Shown one piece after another: positions 46,231-55,682 of a DNA stretch of 64,000 nt. Both the position numbers and the translations under genes were made by a program. Positions within the stretch are counted from its first letter, which is position 1; each line of letters begins with the position of its first letter. Under the pieces are notes generated by a model. It searched no databases. It saw only the letters and a program-made list of their open reading frames with translations, and was not told the origin of the DNA. The stretch comes from an uncultured Verrucomicrobiota bacterium (lineage in GTDB: Bacteria > Verrucomicrobiota > Verrucomicrobiia > Limisphaerales > UBA1319). The stretch covers positions 25,229 through 89,228 of the forward strand of contig CAZIDG010000002.1 of the NCBI GenBank assembly GCA_964538065.1. The letters are read 5' to 3'.

Positions 46231-47222
46231 TACCAATCCTTGCCTGTTTTGTTCTTCGTTTGACTGGTGTCGTTCGTGCCCATAGGCAGTTTGCGGTTTG
46301 AGTCGAGCTTGAGTGATTCCAGCAAGCGCATGGCATCGTCGCGGTTCATATCGGTCTTCTTTCCGTCCTGTGGTGGAGATTCCTGTTCGCCTTCCTTGGG
46401 CTCTTTCGGCTTATTCTGGTCCTCCTCATCCTCATCACCTTCCTTACCCTCTTCACTGTCTTTCGGAAGCCGTTCCTTGAGCATTTTCATCATCTGTTTC
46501 AACTTTTGAGACTGCTGTGACATCTTGCCCATGGCCATCATATTCTTTTGTTGCTGGTCCACCAAAGCCGCAATGCGCTGATCCATGATGTCGGCGTTGG
46601 TCTTTGCCTGGGTGTCGGTTGAATTCAGTTCGAAGGCACTTTTGAAATCCCCTGCGGCTCGATGCCAGCGGTTCAGCACAGTGCTGTGTGTTTCGAGCGC
46701 CTTTTTAACAGCATCAGTGGCGCCTTTGAGATCCTTGCGGGCGCCGCGCCCCTGGCGGTAGGCGGCTACAATGGCATCAACATCATTACCATCCAAAGCC
46801 AACTGTCCTCGCTGAAGAGCGGCATCAACCCTATCGAGCGACTCGTTCGCCTGGGTGTGCACACGTTCTCCTTCTGGACCTTTTTTAAGTGCTTCAAGCC
46901 CCATGGCGTAGCGAGTATGTCCCAAGTTAAACAAGGCCCTTGGTTGAATACTCTCATCATTGCTAGCAACTGCTGCCTGCAATAAAGGCTCAGCCTCAGC
47001 CAGTTTCAACTCGTTGAGCCGGGCTGTACCCGCATTATAGAAATCGCGAGGCGTGCGCAATTCATGTGTATTCGTATCTGAGGCCGCGCAATAGATGGAA
47101 AGGCCTGGGAGCACACCAAGACAAACAAGGACAAGGAATGGCAGCACACCTGTTCCCAGACCCCGTAAGAAGCCCGGCTGGCCGGCGTGGATCATGCAAA
47201 TTATTGTTCGAAGGGCCTTCAT
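46230..47222 (-). CDS. BatC-like TPR protein with a K/E/D-rich C-terminal tail
   Basis: N-terminal TM, TPR-like region (FYNAGTARLNELKLAEAEPLLQAAV ... ALFNLGHTRYAMG) and an acidic/lysine-rich tail (EEGKEGDEDEEDQNKPKEPKEGEQE). ATGA junction with the upstream gene (47219-47222). Confidence 0.7.
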   Translation of the reverse strand: MKALRTIICMIHAGQPGFLRGLGTGVLPFLVLVCLGVLPGLSIYCAASDTNTHELRTPRDFYNAGTARLNELKLAEAEPLLQAAVASNDESIQPRALFNLGHTRYAMGLEALKKGPEGERVHTQANESLDRVDAALQRGQLALDGNDVDAIVAAYRQGRGARKDLKGATDAVKKALETHSTVLNRWHRAAGDFKSAFELNSTDTQAKTNADIMDQRIAALVDQQQKNMMAMGKMSQQSQKLKQMMKMLKERLPKDSEEGKEGDEDEEDQNKPKEPKEGEQESPPQDGKKTDMNRDDAMRLLESLKLDSNRKLPMGTNDTSQTKNKTGKDW

Positions 47223-48253
47223 GAGATCACATGATCAGGAGTGTTTCTTCGACGTGTTCCGACGAGTGATTCCGCCACCAGCAGGAACAACACAACTGCC
47301 AGGGGAACATGGAAACGATCCACTCCTCGTTTTCGGGAGGAGACGCTGCTGCCTGCGGCATTGGCGGATTCAATACCCTGTCGCACGCGGTTCATGCCTT
47401 CTCCAGTGGCGCCCAGTGCCGCATAGGAACCTCCTGTGGCACTGGCAATGGCCTTTAATGTTTTCTCATCCAATCGACTTTGCACCACTTGACCTGCGGA
47501 ATCCCGCTGGATGGACGCCTGGCCTGTTTCCGTGATCGCGGGTATGGTCGTACCGGACGGACTGCCTACTCCAATGGCAAATATTTGAACACCCTGTTTC
47601 GCCAGATTCTGGGCTGTTTTAATGCCTGTGTTTTCAAGATCCTCACCATCGGTGACCAGGATGATGATCTTGCGGCGATCGAACTTTTCAGCCGCCAGCA
47701 GGGCCTCATCAATGGCCCGTCCGATATCCGTGCCAGGCACGGGGATGGTTTTGCCATCAATGGCCTGCAATGACTCGCGGAACGCATCATAATCCAGCGT
47801 CAAGGGACATTGAAGAAAGGCTTGTCCGGCAAAGGCCACCAAGCCCACCCGGCCAAGGCTGTGTCGCTGAACAAAATCCAGGATGGAATACTTGGCCCGG
47901 GCAAGACGATTGGGGCGCACATCTTCGGCCAGCATGCTCCTGGAACAATCCAGCACAAACAACAAATCCTCGCCCACCAGGACCGTTTCCTCTGTTTGCT
48001 CCCCCCATTGCGGTCGCGCAAGCGCCACTCCCAAACCCACCATGATGGCCACAAGGAGACAGTTTTTGAGCATCCTGCGGCCGGGGCTGTGGGATCGTGA
48101 CAAAGTTGCATTCAGTCCATCACCAACCAAAAGCGCCAACTGTTTGCGGCGGGCTCTGGCCGCATGGCGGTGCAAGGCAACCAGACATATGGCCCCCAAC
48201 AGCCCCAGCGTGAGCCAGTGCGGTTCTGCAAAATGTGGGTTGGCGAAATCCAT
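47219..48253 (-). CDS. VWA-domain protein, BatB-like
   Basis: N-terminal TM, VWA MIDAS motif DLLFVLDCSRSM, ILVTDGED, and a C-terminal TM. Confidence 0.85.
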   Translation of the reverse strand: MDFANPHFAEPHWLTLGLLGAICLVALHRHAARARRKQLALLVGDGLNATLSRSHSPGRRMLKNCLLVAIMVGLGVALARPQWGEQTEETVLVGEDLLFVLDCSRSMLAEDVRPNRLARAKYSILDFVQRHSLGRVGLVAFAGQAFLQCPLTLDYDAFRESLQAIDGKTIPVPGTDIGRAIDEALLAAEKFDRRKIIILVTDGEDLENTGIKTAQNLAKQGVQIFAIGVGSPSGTTIPAITETGQASIQRDSAGQVVQSRLDEKTLKAIASATGGSYAALGATGEGMNRVRQGIESANAAGSSVSSRKRGVDRFHVPLAVVLFLLVAESLVGTRRRNTPDHVIS

Positions 48254-48259
48254 GGCAGT

Positions 48260-49300
48260 TCAAGGGATGCGTCGATATCGTGTATTACCCAGGATCACTT
48301 CCAGGCAGAACAGGGCCACGCCTGCCAGAAGGGGCCATTGAAACAGCGGCGTGTAGGTGGTGAAACGGCGCAATTTAACCTCCGTTTTCTCCAGCTGATC
48401 AATCTCGTGATAAATGTTCTCCAGTTCGCGACGATTGGTGGCCCGATAGGACTTGCCCCGTGTCAGAGCCGACATTTGGGATAGAACTGCATAATTGGCC
48501 GGCTGGAGAGTCATTGTCGGGATGATTTGACCCGAGGGATCCAGACGCAATCGGCCACTTTGAGGATCAAACGCAGGAAGATTGCAAGGTTCCTCACGGC
48601 CAATGCCGATGGTGTAGAGTTTGGTGTTCAGTGCAGCAGCCAACTGAGCTGCGGGGATGGGGTCGATATCGCCCTTATTATTGTCGCCATCCGTGAGCAG
48701 AATGATGATGCGGCTTTTACTGTCCTTGATTGTTTGCAGGCGACGCACCGCTGTGGCGGCCGCATCGCCAATGGCTGTTCCCAACTCGCGGATCATTCCC
48801 ACATGGAGACGGCGGAGGTTCTGGATCAGCCAGTCATGATTGAGGGTCAATGGCGAGGCAAGATAAGGAACCGCTGAAAATACAACCAGGCCCATCCGGT
48901 CGTTGGTCCGTTTGCGAATGAAATCCTCCAGGACGGTTTGGGCAATATCCATGCGGGACACTCTTTCCTGGGGGACACCCATGTCCAGAGCCATCATTGA
49001 CCATGAAAGATCAAGCACAAGCATGATATCCACGCCGCTGGCCTGAGTCTCCGTTCGATCATGAGCAAATCGCGGACCTGCCAGGGCAACGATACACAGT
49101 GCCACGATAAGGAGGCGCAAAAAGAGCAAAAAATGCCCAACAGAAGAATGAGCCATGGTCCCCGCTTTGCGAGCCAGATCGGCGCTCGAAAACAACAACG
49201 AGCTCAGCTTGCCGTTTTTCCCCATCCAATATGCATAAATGGGCAAAAGAGCCAGAAGCCCAAGAAGCCACGGATATTGAAATTGGAAATGGGAATTCAT
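48260..49300 (-). CDS. VWA-domain protein, BatA-like
   Basis: BatA-type N-terminus (FQYPWLLGLLALLPIYAYW), MIDAS motif DIMLVLDLSWSM, ILLTDGDNN, and a C-terminal TM. ATGA junction at 49297-49300. Confidence 0.85.
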   Translation of the reverse strand: MNSHFQFQYPWLLGLLALLPIYAYWMGKNGKLSSLLFSSADLARKAGTMAHSSVGHFLLFLRLLIVALCIVALAGPRFAHDRTETQASGVDIMLVLDLSWSMMALDMGVPQERVSRMDIAQTVLEDFIRKRTNDRMGLVVFSAVPYLASPLTLNHDWLIQNLRRLHVGMIRELGTAIGDAAATAVRRLQTIKDSKSRIIILLTDGDNNKGDIDPIPAAQLAAALNTKLYTIGIGREEPCNLPAFDPQSGRLRLDPSGQIIPTMTLQPANYAVLSQMSALTRGKSYRATNRRELENIYHEIDQLEKTEVKLRRFTTYTPLFQWPLLAGVALFCLEVILGNTRYRRIP

Positions 49301-49857
49301 GAAGGCGGCATGGTTTGATTTGCGGACACATGTGCGGCTTCAATGGATTCCATCAGACATGTCGCCCTGGCCAGCAGTTCAATGGAGATGGCACTTCGAT
49401 CGTCGGATTCACCAGTGGCAGCAGAAGCAAACAGGATCCGCTCACATTCAGCCAGAAGGGAGTCCAGGTGCTCCCATTCATCACGAAGACGACGGCTGTT
49501 CTTAAGGGCGGTTAGTAATTCCTGACGGGTATACTTCATGGAGGGCAACTGCTCCCGCATGGTGATGTATTCGCATAGTATGTTGACAATGCTGACGGCC
49601 ATGGACTTTGGATCGGATGTGCCCCGCAGCGATGTGAGACGATCACGCGCAATGTCTGCACAAGAGCGGGGAAGGGGGATGGCTGATTTTTTACACCTCA
49701 GGACAAGGATCAGCATTAAAACAAGGACCAACACCAGACAGGGGACAATCCACAGGTGTGATTCCCACCACGTTGGCTCCAAGGGTTCCTTGGGCGGAAA
49801 CAGGCGCTGCACGTCCGCCAGGATGGGATGAGACCATGGATATGCGAGCGAGTTCAT
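49297..49857 (-). CDS. DUF4381-like small membrane protein
   Basis: 186 aa with a PTWWESHLWIVPCLVLVLVLMLILVL single TM. Its position between the DUF58 and BatA genes fits. ATGA junction at 49854-49857. Confidence 0.65.
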   Translation of the reverse strand: MNSLAYPWSHPILADVQRLFPPKEPLEPTWWESHLWIVPCLVLVLVLMLILVLRCKKSAIPLPRSCADIARDRLTSLRGTSDPKSMAVSIVNILCEYITMREQLPSMKYTRQELLTALKNSRRLRDEWEHLDSLLAECERILFASAATGESDDRSAISIELLARATCLMESIEAAHVSANQTMPPS

Positions 49858-50762
49858 TTCTTACGCCGAATCTCGAAAAATGTCTGCAGCTTGAAGGCAA
49901 ATGGCTCGTTGATCGCAAGACGTATGGTATTGACGCCTGTCCGACGCAAGGCCCGGTCCAATGAAGCCAGACGCTCTTCGTTGTACTCGCGATAGGTTTC
50001 ACGAATGGAGTTGCGATGGGTATCCAACTCGAGAATCTCTCCAGTCTCGGCGTCTTCAAGCGTTGCAAGGCCGGCGTCGGGCAGGGACTGCTCCCTGGCA
50101 TCGTGCAAATGCACGCAAACAAGGTCGTGGCGGATATTGGTCAATCCCATCTCCTGAACGATGTCCCGTTTGTGCTCGCCCACACCCGTGGCCACGCCGC
50201 GACTATGAAGGAAATCCGTCATCAAAAAGACGATGTTTTTACGCAAAAGGACATGGTTTAAGAAGGTTAATGCACGGGCAATATTGGTGCCCTTTTCGCG
50301 CGCCTCGTGCACCAGCATGTCGCGAATCAAACGCAGGATGTGTTTGCGCCCCTTCCGGGGCGGCACAAACAGCTCCACGCGGTTGCTGAAGAGCAGCAAT
50401 CCAACCTTGTCGCCGTTGCGGGCGGCTGAGAAGGCCAGGGTGGCGGCGACCTCCACCGCATATTCCCGTTTGCTTAGCGCGCCAGAACCGAATAGCGACG
50501 ATGCGGAAATGTCCAGGGCCAGTATGACGCCAAGCTCCCGTTCTTCGCGGTATTCCTTTACAAAGGGCCGCCCCATGCGGTTCGTGACATTCCAATCGAT
50601 GTCACGCACATCGTCTCCAGGGATGTATTCCCGGAGCTCCTCAAAATCGAGGCCGTGGCCCTTGAACTGGCTCAGGTATCCCCCCACCATCACGTCATTC
50701 ACCAAACGGTTGGTGCGGATTTCCACCCGGCGGACGGTTTCAAGAATGTCGCGGACGTTCAT
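49854..50762 (-). CDS. DUF58-domain protein (MoxR partner)
   Basis: GGYLSQFKGHGLDFEELREYIPGDDVRDIDWNVTNR, followed by the VWA-like ILALDISASS. Confidence 0.9.
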   Translation of the reverse strand: MNVRDILETVRRVEIRTNRLVNDVMVGGYLSQFKGHGLDFEELREYIPGDDVRDIDWNVTNRMGRPFVKEYREERELGVILALDISASSLFGSGALSKREYAVEVAATLAFSAARNGDKVGLLLFSNRVELFVPPRKGRKHILRLIRDMLVHEAREKGTNIARALTFLNHVLLRKNIVFLMTDFLHSRGVATGVGEHKRDIVQEMGLTNIRHDLVCVHLHDAREQSLPDAGLATLEDAETGEILELDTHRNSIRETYREYNEERLASLDRALRRTGVNTIRLAINEPFAFKLQTFFEIRRKK

Positions 50763-50766
50763 GTGC

Positions 50767-51756
50767 TCAGGGCACGGGGATGGTGTTGAAGACCTGTTTG
50801 ATGATGGTGTCGCTGGTCACCCCTTCCGCCTCGGCCTCATAGGAAAGAATGATTCGATGACGCAGAACATCGTAGCCAATGCTCTTGATGTCCTGAGGAA
50901 CGACGTAAGCCCTTCCTTGAAGCAAGGCCCAGGCTTTGGCCGCCAGCGTCAGGTAGATCGTGGCGCGTGGGGAGGCGCCGTATTGGATCAGGTGTTTAAG
51001 CTGGAGCTGATGTTGCTCGGGATTGCGGGTGGCAAAAACGACCTTCACAATGTAATCCCGGATTTTGTCGTCCACATGCACGCGATCCACCAATTTCCGG
51101 GCGCGCAGAATTTCATCGAGTTGAATGACCGGCTTAACCGACAAGTCGGGGGATGTCATGGCCATGACATCGAGAATGCGCCGTTCTTCTTCAAAGGTCG
51201 GATAGCCGATCATGACCTTGAACATAAAACGGTCAACTTGAGCTTCAGGCAAAGGGTAGGTGCCTTCCTGGTCGATCGGATTTTCGGTCGCCAGCACCAA
51301 AAAAGGCGAGGGAAGCGGCATGGTTTCGCCTCCCAGGGTGACCTGCCTTTCCTGCATGGCCTCCAGAAGGGCGGATTGCACCTTGGCGGGCGCGCGGTTG
51401 ATTTCGTCCGCGAGCACAAGATTGGCAAACACGGGTCCCTTGGTGGCGTGATAGGTGCCATCCTGAGGGTTGTATATGAGGGTGCCTATGATATCCGCGG
51501 GCAAAAGGTCCGGTGTAAATTGAATGCGGTGAAACTGGGCATGAACGGCGGCTGCCAGGGTTCGCACCGACAGCGTTTTGGCCAGACCCGGAACACCTTC
51601 AAGCAGGACGTGTCCGTTGGCCAGCAGTGCCAGCAGCAATCGCTCCACCAACTGCTCCTGACCAACAATCACGCGCCCCATTTCCTTGCGCAACGCGCCT
51701 ACCCAGCGGGTCATTTCTCCCACCTGGTTTTCCAATTCTTCCATGCAAACGTTCAT
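50767..51756 (-). CDS. MoxR-family AAA+ ATPase
   Basis: Walker A GHVLLEGVPGLAKT, Walker B LVLADEINRAPAKVQSALLEAMQE, and ATENPIDQEGTYPLPEAQVDRF. 329 aa. Confidence 0.95.
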   Translation of the reverse strand: MNVCMEELENQVGEMTRWVGALRKEMGRVIVGQEQLVERLLLALLANGHVLLEGVPGLAKTLSVRTLAAAVHAQFHRIQFTPDLLPADIIGTLIYNPQDGTYHATKGPVFANLVLADEINRAPAKVQSALLEAMQERQVTLGGETMPLPSPFLVLATENPIDQEGTYPLPEAQVDRFMFKVMIGYPTFEEERRILDVMAMTSPDLSVKPVIQLDEILRARKLVDRVHVDDKIRDYIVKVVFATRNPEQHQLQLKHLIQYGASPRATIYLTLAAKAWALLQGRAYVVPQDIKSIGYDVLRHRIILSYEAEAEGVTSDTIIKQVFNTIPVP

Positions 51757-51866
51757 GCGAGACCATCATGATTACACTGGCGATACAACATACTCAAGTA
51801 CACATCCTGTAGAATGCGTGAAAGGGCTTGAGGTGGACATGATCGCATGCCGGGCATGCCCCCCGA

Positions 51867-54710
51867 TTACCAGAGTTTATAGCGTGGGAGCTTTCCGGAT
51901 ACTTCCATGCGGTTCTCCAGCTTGCCATCAGGAATGATGAGCCCCACCCACATCTGCTGCCGGTTCTTCATGTGGCAAACCCATCGCAAGGTTTGAGCCT
52001 CTCCGACTTTGAGTTGGACGGTTTGCACGGGCTGTTCCACTTCCAGATTCCAGGACTGCAGGTTGAATGTGTGGCGTCCATCCCCTTCAAGATAAAGATC
52101 CACGACCACCCGTCCGGTATCCACCGTGTCGCCTCCAACACGCCATTTCAACGAAGATGTCAGATCGAGGCTATGCCTGCTCCCCGGCAAGACAATCATG
52201 GTGCGTTCGCGCTCCCCGTGGGTCACGAGATAGTGTCCCTCAGGCACCTTTGCAGTGAATTGTCCCGTGGTTTGGTCAGCTTCGAACGTATAGGCGTAAC
52301 CCGTGCCCATGTCTTTGAAAATGACAGGCCGGTTGATCTGAGGGCGCCCCACGCCTCGAATGACCGCAGGACCGTTCAAGTCGGTCATCAACCAGAGCCA
52401 TCGGGAGGATGGGTGAACCCAAACTTCCTTGTAGTTATAGCAATTGGCGGCAGGCCAATAGGGAACATCCTCATTTCCCTTGGTTTGGATGCCGACTGGT
52501 AAAGAACCTACCATGTTGCCCGACATTGCGGTGTATTGGGGGGCAAAATCGTACCCTTCGCCATACATGGTGGACTGAGCAAAGGGGTTGCGTCCCACAA
52601 CCCATTGCATCTGCTTTTGGCCCAGCGCACTCAGATCCAGACTGTTACGGAGTTGTGCGGCACTCGACAAACCTTTGGTCTGCGACAGTATGGTGCCATG
52701 GTTGCCCCGGAAAGACGTCCAGACAGGGAAACACCGCAGATAATTCTGCGAACCAAGGGCAAATCCTTTCTGCACTTGGGCCACATACCATGGCTCATTG
52801 GAGTCCTTCAGGTCGTAAATCCCTGCAGGAAGCATGCCGTAAGGATCGGTGTAAAACGAAGCGGTCTTCAGGTATTCTGAATACAAAGCAACCGCCCCAT
52901 ACCAGGCCATCCACTCTGCATGACCGGGGAACAAACGACAGAGGCGGGACAGTGCCACCACGGGGGCCTGCTCATGTCCGCGATGGTTGTAATGCAGCAG
53001 GTGTTTTTTGCCGGTTTCAGTATAGAAGAAACCTGCCATGGGCACTTGCCAGGAAGTGTACTCTGTTTGCTGACAGGCCAGGATGATGCGTGCAAGCTCC
53101 ACAGCCATGGAGGAATAGACCTGATCTCCAGTGGCTTCGAACAAATCCAACGAGGCCTGAGTCCCCGCTGCAGCCCATTCCAGGGAAGGAGTAGAGCCCT
53201 GTGCCAGGGCAAAATGCCAGTCTTCCTGAGCTGCTTTGAGGGATTTGGCGGCCAGGACCGGATCGGAGGTTTTTAACAAGCGGCCAGCCAGTGCCTCGGT
53301 GGAGGCGGCGATAAAGTTTTCAAAGGCATTATTATGGACTTCACCCTGCATATCATCAAGGGTGCCAGCCACACCATCGGTCCAAAAATCCATGGTCGCC
53401 CAAGTGACTCGTGATCCATCCCCAAATCTGGTTTTTAAGACCCAATCCAAACCCCATTTGGCTTCCTGACTGAGGCGAGCGGCCAAGGGATCCATTGTAT
53501 TTGTCCCTGTCCAGCCAGCATTTGTCTGCAAATGCTCGGCCAGGGCCAGCATCGCATAGGTGGCTTCAGCAGTGTTGACAAGCCCTTGGGAGAGATCGCC
53601 TGCGTCATGCCAACCGCCGTTGATGGTGATCACTTTTCCATTGTGTGTTGCCCGCCAGTCCTTGTGGCAGACATCATGGATGCCCGAAATGGCATCGCCG
53701 CATCGCTCACAATAGAAGAGATTAACCGTCTTCCAAATGGTTTCGCGCCATACATCGTCATGTATTGAGAATGGTTGGGTTACAGCATCACCTGCGCGTA
53801 TGACATATTCGCCTGGTTCGCGGATATCCGAAAAATCAAGCAACTGTATGGAACCAATGGTGTTGGACACAGTTCGGACTGGGCGGATGGCCGTCTTCTC
53901 ACCCGTCTGCATGTTGATGAGATGGAAATAACCTGCCTCCACACCCGTAGCCAGGGCACTTTTGGTTCCACCTGCCAGATAGCCCGAGTGACTGTACGCG
54001 ATCGTTCCAGGAGCCACAGTCCACCCTTCAAAGTGGTCTTCCATGACAGCCTGCAACTCAAGTTGATCGATGTCGAAACAAACGGTGCTGGCAGCCCCGG
54101 GCTCGTGACCCTGTAAGCGATAAATAAAACTGACCCCCGTTACCTGGTCGCGCGGCAAATTGGGAATTTCCCACACAATGTGGTTCCATTGGTTTGGTTG
54201 CAGAAGGAAAAAGTTTAATCCTTCACGCAAATCATGATTGGGAAGTTTGACGGCTCCATCATTGCTCAAAGTCACCAATAAAGACAGGACCTTAAAACCG
54301 GGCACTGTGGGGTAAACCCAGAAGGAAAGCCGGTTGTATGCGCTCCAATTCTCGTGGTCAAAATCGCGACGAGCCACCGCTTCCCCAAAAGGCCGTCCAC
54401 CCGTTGCATTGGGCTTGTCGCTCACCGTGGGCGATAGGAGTCGCAAGGAGGTGTTACCATCCGTCGAATGCGCCTTGGTCAATTCCATCGAACCAAACCC
54501 GTGGTGTGTCCAGTGAGCCAGGGTTTCCATGCTGTCCAGCGGTCGAGCGCCCAACAATCCCTTCTGCAACCACCGGGCTGTCAGGGCGTTCGATTCATTA
54601 ACCGACATGGGCATTTGCGGCAATGCGGGCTGTGCCGCCTTAAGCGCGACCGCCACAATGCATAATAACAAATATAAAATCCGGTACCTCATAGCACTAT
54701 ATCCACACAT
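51867..54710 (-). CDS. Secreted glycoside hydrolase, GH9-like (alpha/alpha)6 core with N- and C-terminal beta-rich domains
   Basis: Signal peptide. GGWHDAGDLSQGLVNTAEATYAMLALAEH (cf. GH9 GGWYDAGDHVKF), EAKWGLDWVLK, and ASTEALAGRLLKTSDPVLAAKSLKAAQEDWHFA. An Ig-like CelD_N-type segment precedes the core. Alternative start ATG at 54692. Confidence 0.7.
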   Translation of the reverse strand: MCGYSAMRYRILYLLLCIVAVALKAAQPALPQMPMSVNESNALTARWLQKGLLGARPLDSMETLAHWTHHGFGSMELTKAHSTDGNTSLRLLSPTVSDKPNATGGRPFGEAVARRDFDHENWSAYNRLSFWVYPTVPGFKVLSLLVTLSNDGAVKLPNHDLREGLNFFLLQPNQWNHIVWEIPNLPRDQVTGVSFIYRLQGHEPGAASTVCFDIDQLELQAVMEDHFEGWTVAPGTIAYSHSGYLAGGTKSALATGVEAGYFHLINMQTGEKTAIRPVRTVSNTIGSIQLLDFSDIREPGEYVIRAGDAVTQPFSIHDDVWRETIWKTVNLFYCERCGDAISGIHDVCHKDWRATHNGKVITINGGWHDAGDLSQGLVNTAEATYAMLALAEHLQTNAGWTGTNTMDPLAARLSQEAKWGLDWVLKTRFGDGSRVTWATMDFWTDGVAGTLDDMQGEVHNNAFENFIAASTEALAGRLLKTSDPVLAAKSLKAAQEDWHFALAQGSTPSLEWAAAGTQASLDLFEATGDQVYSSMAVELARIILACQQTEYTSWQVPMAGFFYTETGKKHLLHYNHRGHEQAPVVALSRLCRLFPGHAEWMAWYGAVALYSEYLKTASFYTDPYGMLPAGIYDLKDSNEPWYVAQVQKGFALGSQNYLRCFPVWTSFRGNHGTILSQTKGLSSAAQLRNSLDLSALGQKQMQWVVGRNPFAQSTMYGEGYDFAPQYTAMSGNMVGSLPVGIQTKGNEDVPYWPAANCYNYKEVWVHPSSRWLWLMTDLNGPAVIRGVGRPQINRPVIFKDMGTGYAYTFEADQTTGQFTAKVPEGHYLVTHGERERTMIVLPGSRHSLDLTSSLKWRVGGDTVDTGRVVVDLYLEGDGRHTFNLQSWNLEVEQPVQTVQLKVGEAQTLRWVCHMKNRQQMWVGLIIPDGKLENRMEVSGKLPRYKLW

Positions 54711-54773
54711 TGATTCACCACAGATGAAACAGTAAACAATTCAGTGTTAGTGTCTTGTTTATTACACTGCGAA

Positions 54774-55541
54774 TCACTTCCTGCTGTCCTGAACTTCCTT
54801 GGACCAGGTCATGACGGCGTTTCTCATCTGCTCGGCGCCATTCATGCGGGGCTTGATAAACTTGGGGGTGAACCAGGGAAAAATACCCACCAAATCGTGT
54901 ATCACAAGGATCTGACCATCACAGTCCGCCCCGGAACCAATACCAATGGTTGGAATGGAAAGGGATTCTGTTATGGCCTTTGCCACCGCTGGCGTAACCA
55001 ATTCCAGAACGATGGCAGATGCGCCGGCCTGTTCCAAGGCTTTTGCATCATCCATCAAGGCCTGCCGTTCTGTTTCAGTCCTGCCTTTGATCTTATAGCC
55101 GCCTTCTTCCCGCACGCTTTGCGGCAGCATCCCCAAGTGGCCAATAAAGGGGATCCCGGAAGCAACAATGGCTTTAACCTGGGGCAAAATTTTCCGACCA
55201 CCCTCAGCCTTAACTGCTTCGGCCCCCGCTGCAGTAAGACGGCGGGCGTTGGAGAGTGCAAGCTCAACCGTGTCGTAGCTTTTGTTGGGCATGTCTGCCG
55301 CCAGAAGTGCCTGCGGTTTGGCTCGCGCGGCAGCTCGGACGTGATGTTCCATCTCTTCCATGGTTACCAGCGTTGTATCCGGATATCCCAAGACCACCAT
55401 ACCCACGGAATCGCCCACAAGAATCAAAGGAATTCCCGCTTCGTCGAGCAACCGGGTTGTCGGATAATCATAGGCAGTCAGCGACGCGATTCCGCGTCCC
55501 TGTTGCTTCATGACCTTTAATATGGCCGCTGTAACCTTCAT
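54774..55541 (-). CDS. panB: 3-methyl-2-oxobutanoate hydroxymethyltransferase
   Basis: From the ATG at 55541: MKVTAAILKVMKQQGRGIASLTAYDYPT ... ILVGDSVGMVVLGY ... VKAEGG ... IGHLGMLPQS. The longer ORF (to 55607) adds 22 non-conserved residues. Confidence 0.95.
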   Translation of the reverse strand: MKVTAAILKVMKQQGRGIASLTAYDYPTTRLLDEAGIPLILVGDSVGMVVLGYPDTTLVTMEEMEHHVRAAARAKPQALLAADMPNKSYDTVELALSNARRLTAAGAEAVKAEGGRKILPQVKAIVASGIPFIGHLGMLPQSVREEGGYKIKGRTETERQALMDDAKALEQAGASAIVLELVTPAVAKAITESLSIPTIGIGSGADCDGQILVIHDLVGIFPWFTPKFIKPRMNGAEQMRNAVMTWSKEVQDSRK

Positions 55542-55682
55542 AACATCAATGTACCAGCATCGGTCCAGTGACAGGGAGATACAAGTCGATTTTAGACACA
55601 CTACCAAGGCGTTTACATGGTGGGGAGGCGGTGGTATGGTTCGCTGAATAGTTGCCCGATGGCAACGTCAAAAGTGCTAGGA

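Noticed and set aside
50233-51771. 512-aa ORF on the plus strand, the longest unassigned ORF in the track
   Set aside because: It runs exactly antisense to the DUF58 and MoxR genes, whose products carry unambiguous family motifs. Its own translation is R/S/G-rich with no motif. It is a typical shadow ORF in GC-rich coding DNA.
54744-55520. 258-aa plus-strand ORF
   Set aside because: It is antisense to panB, whose identity is unambiguous.
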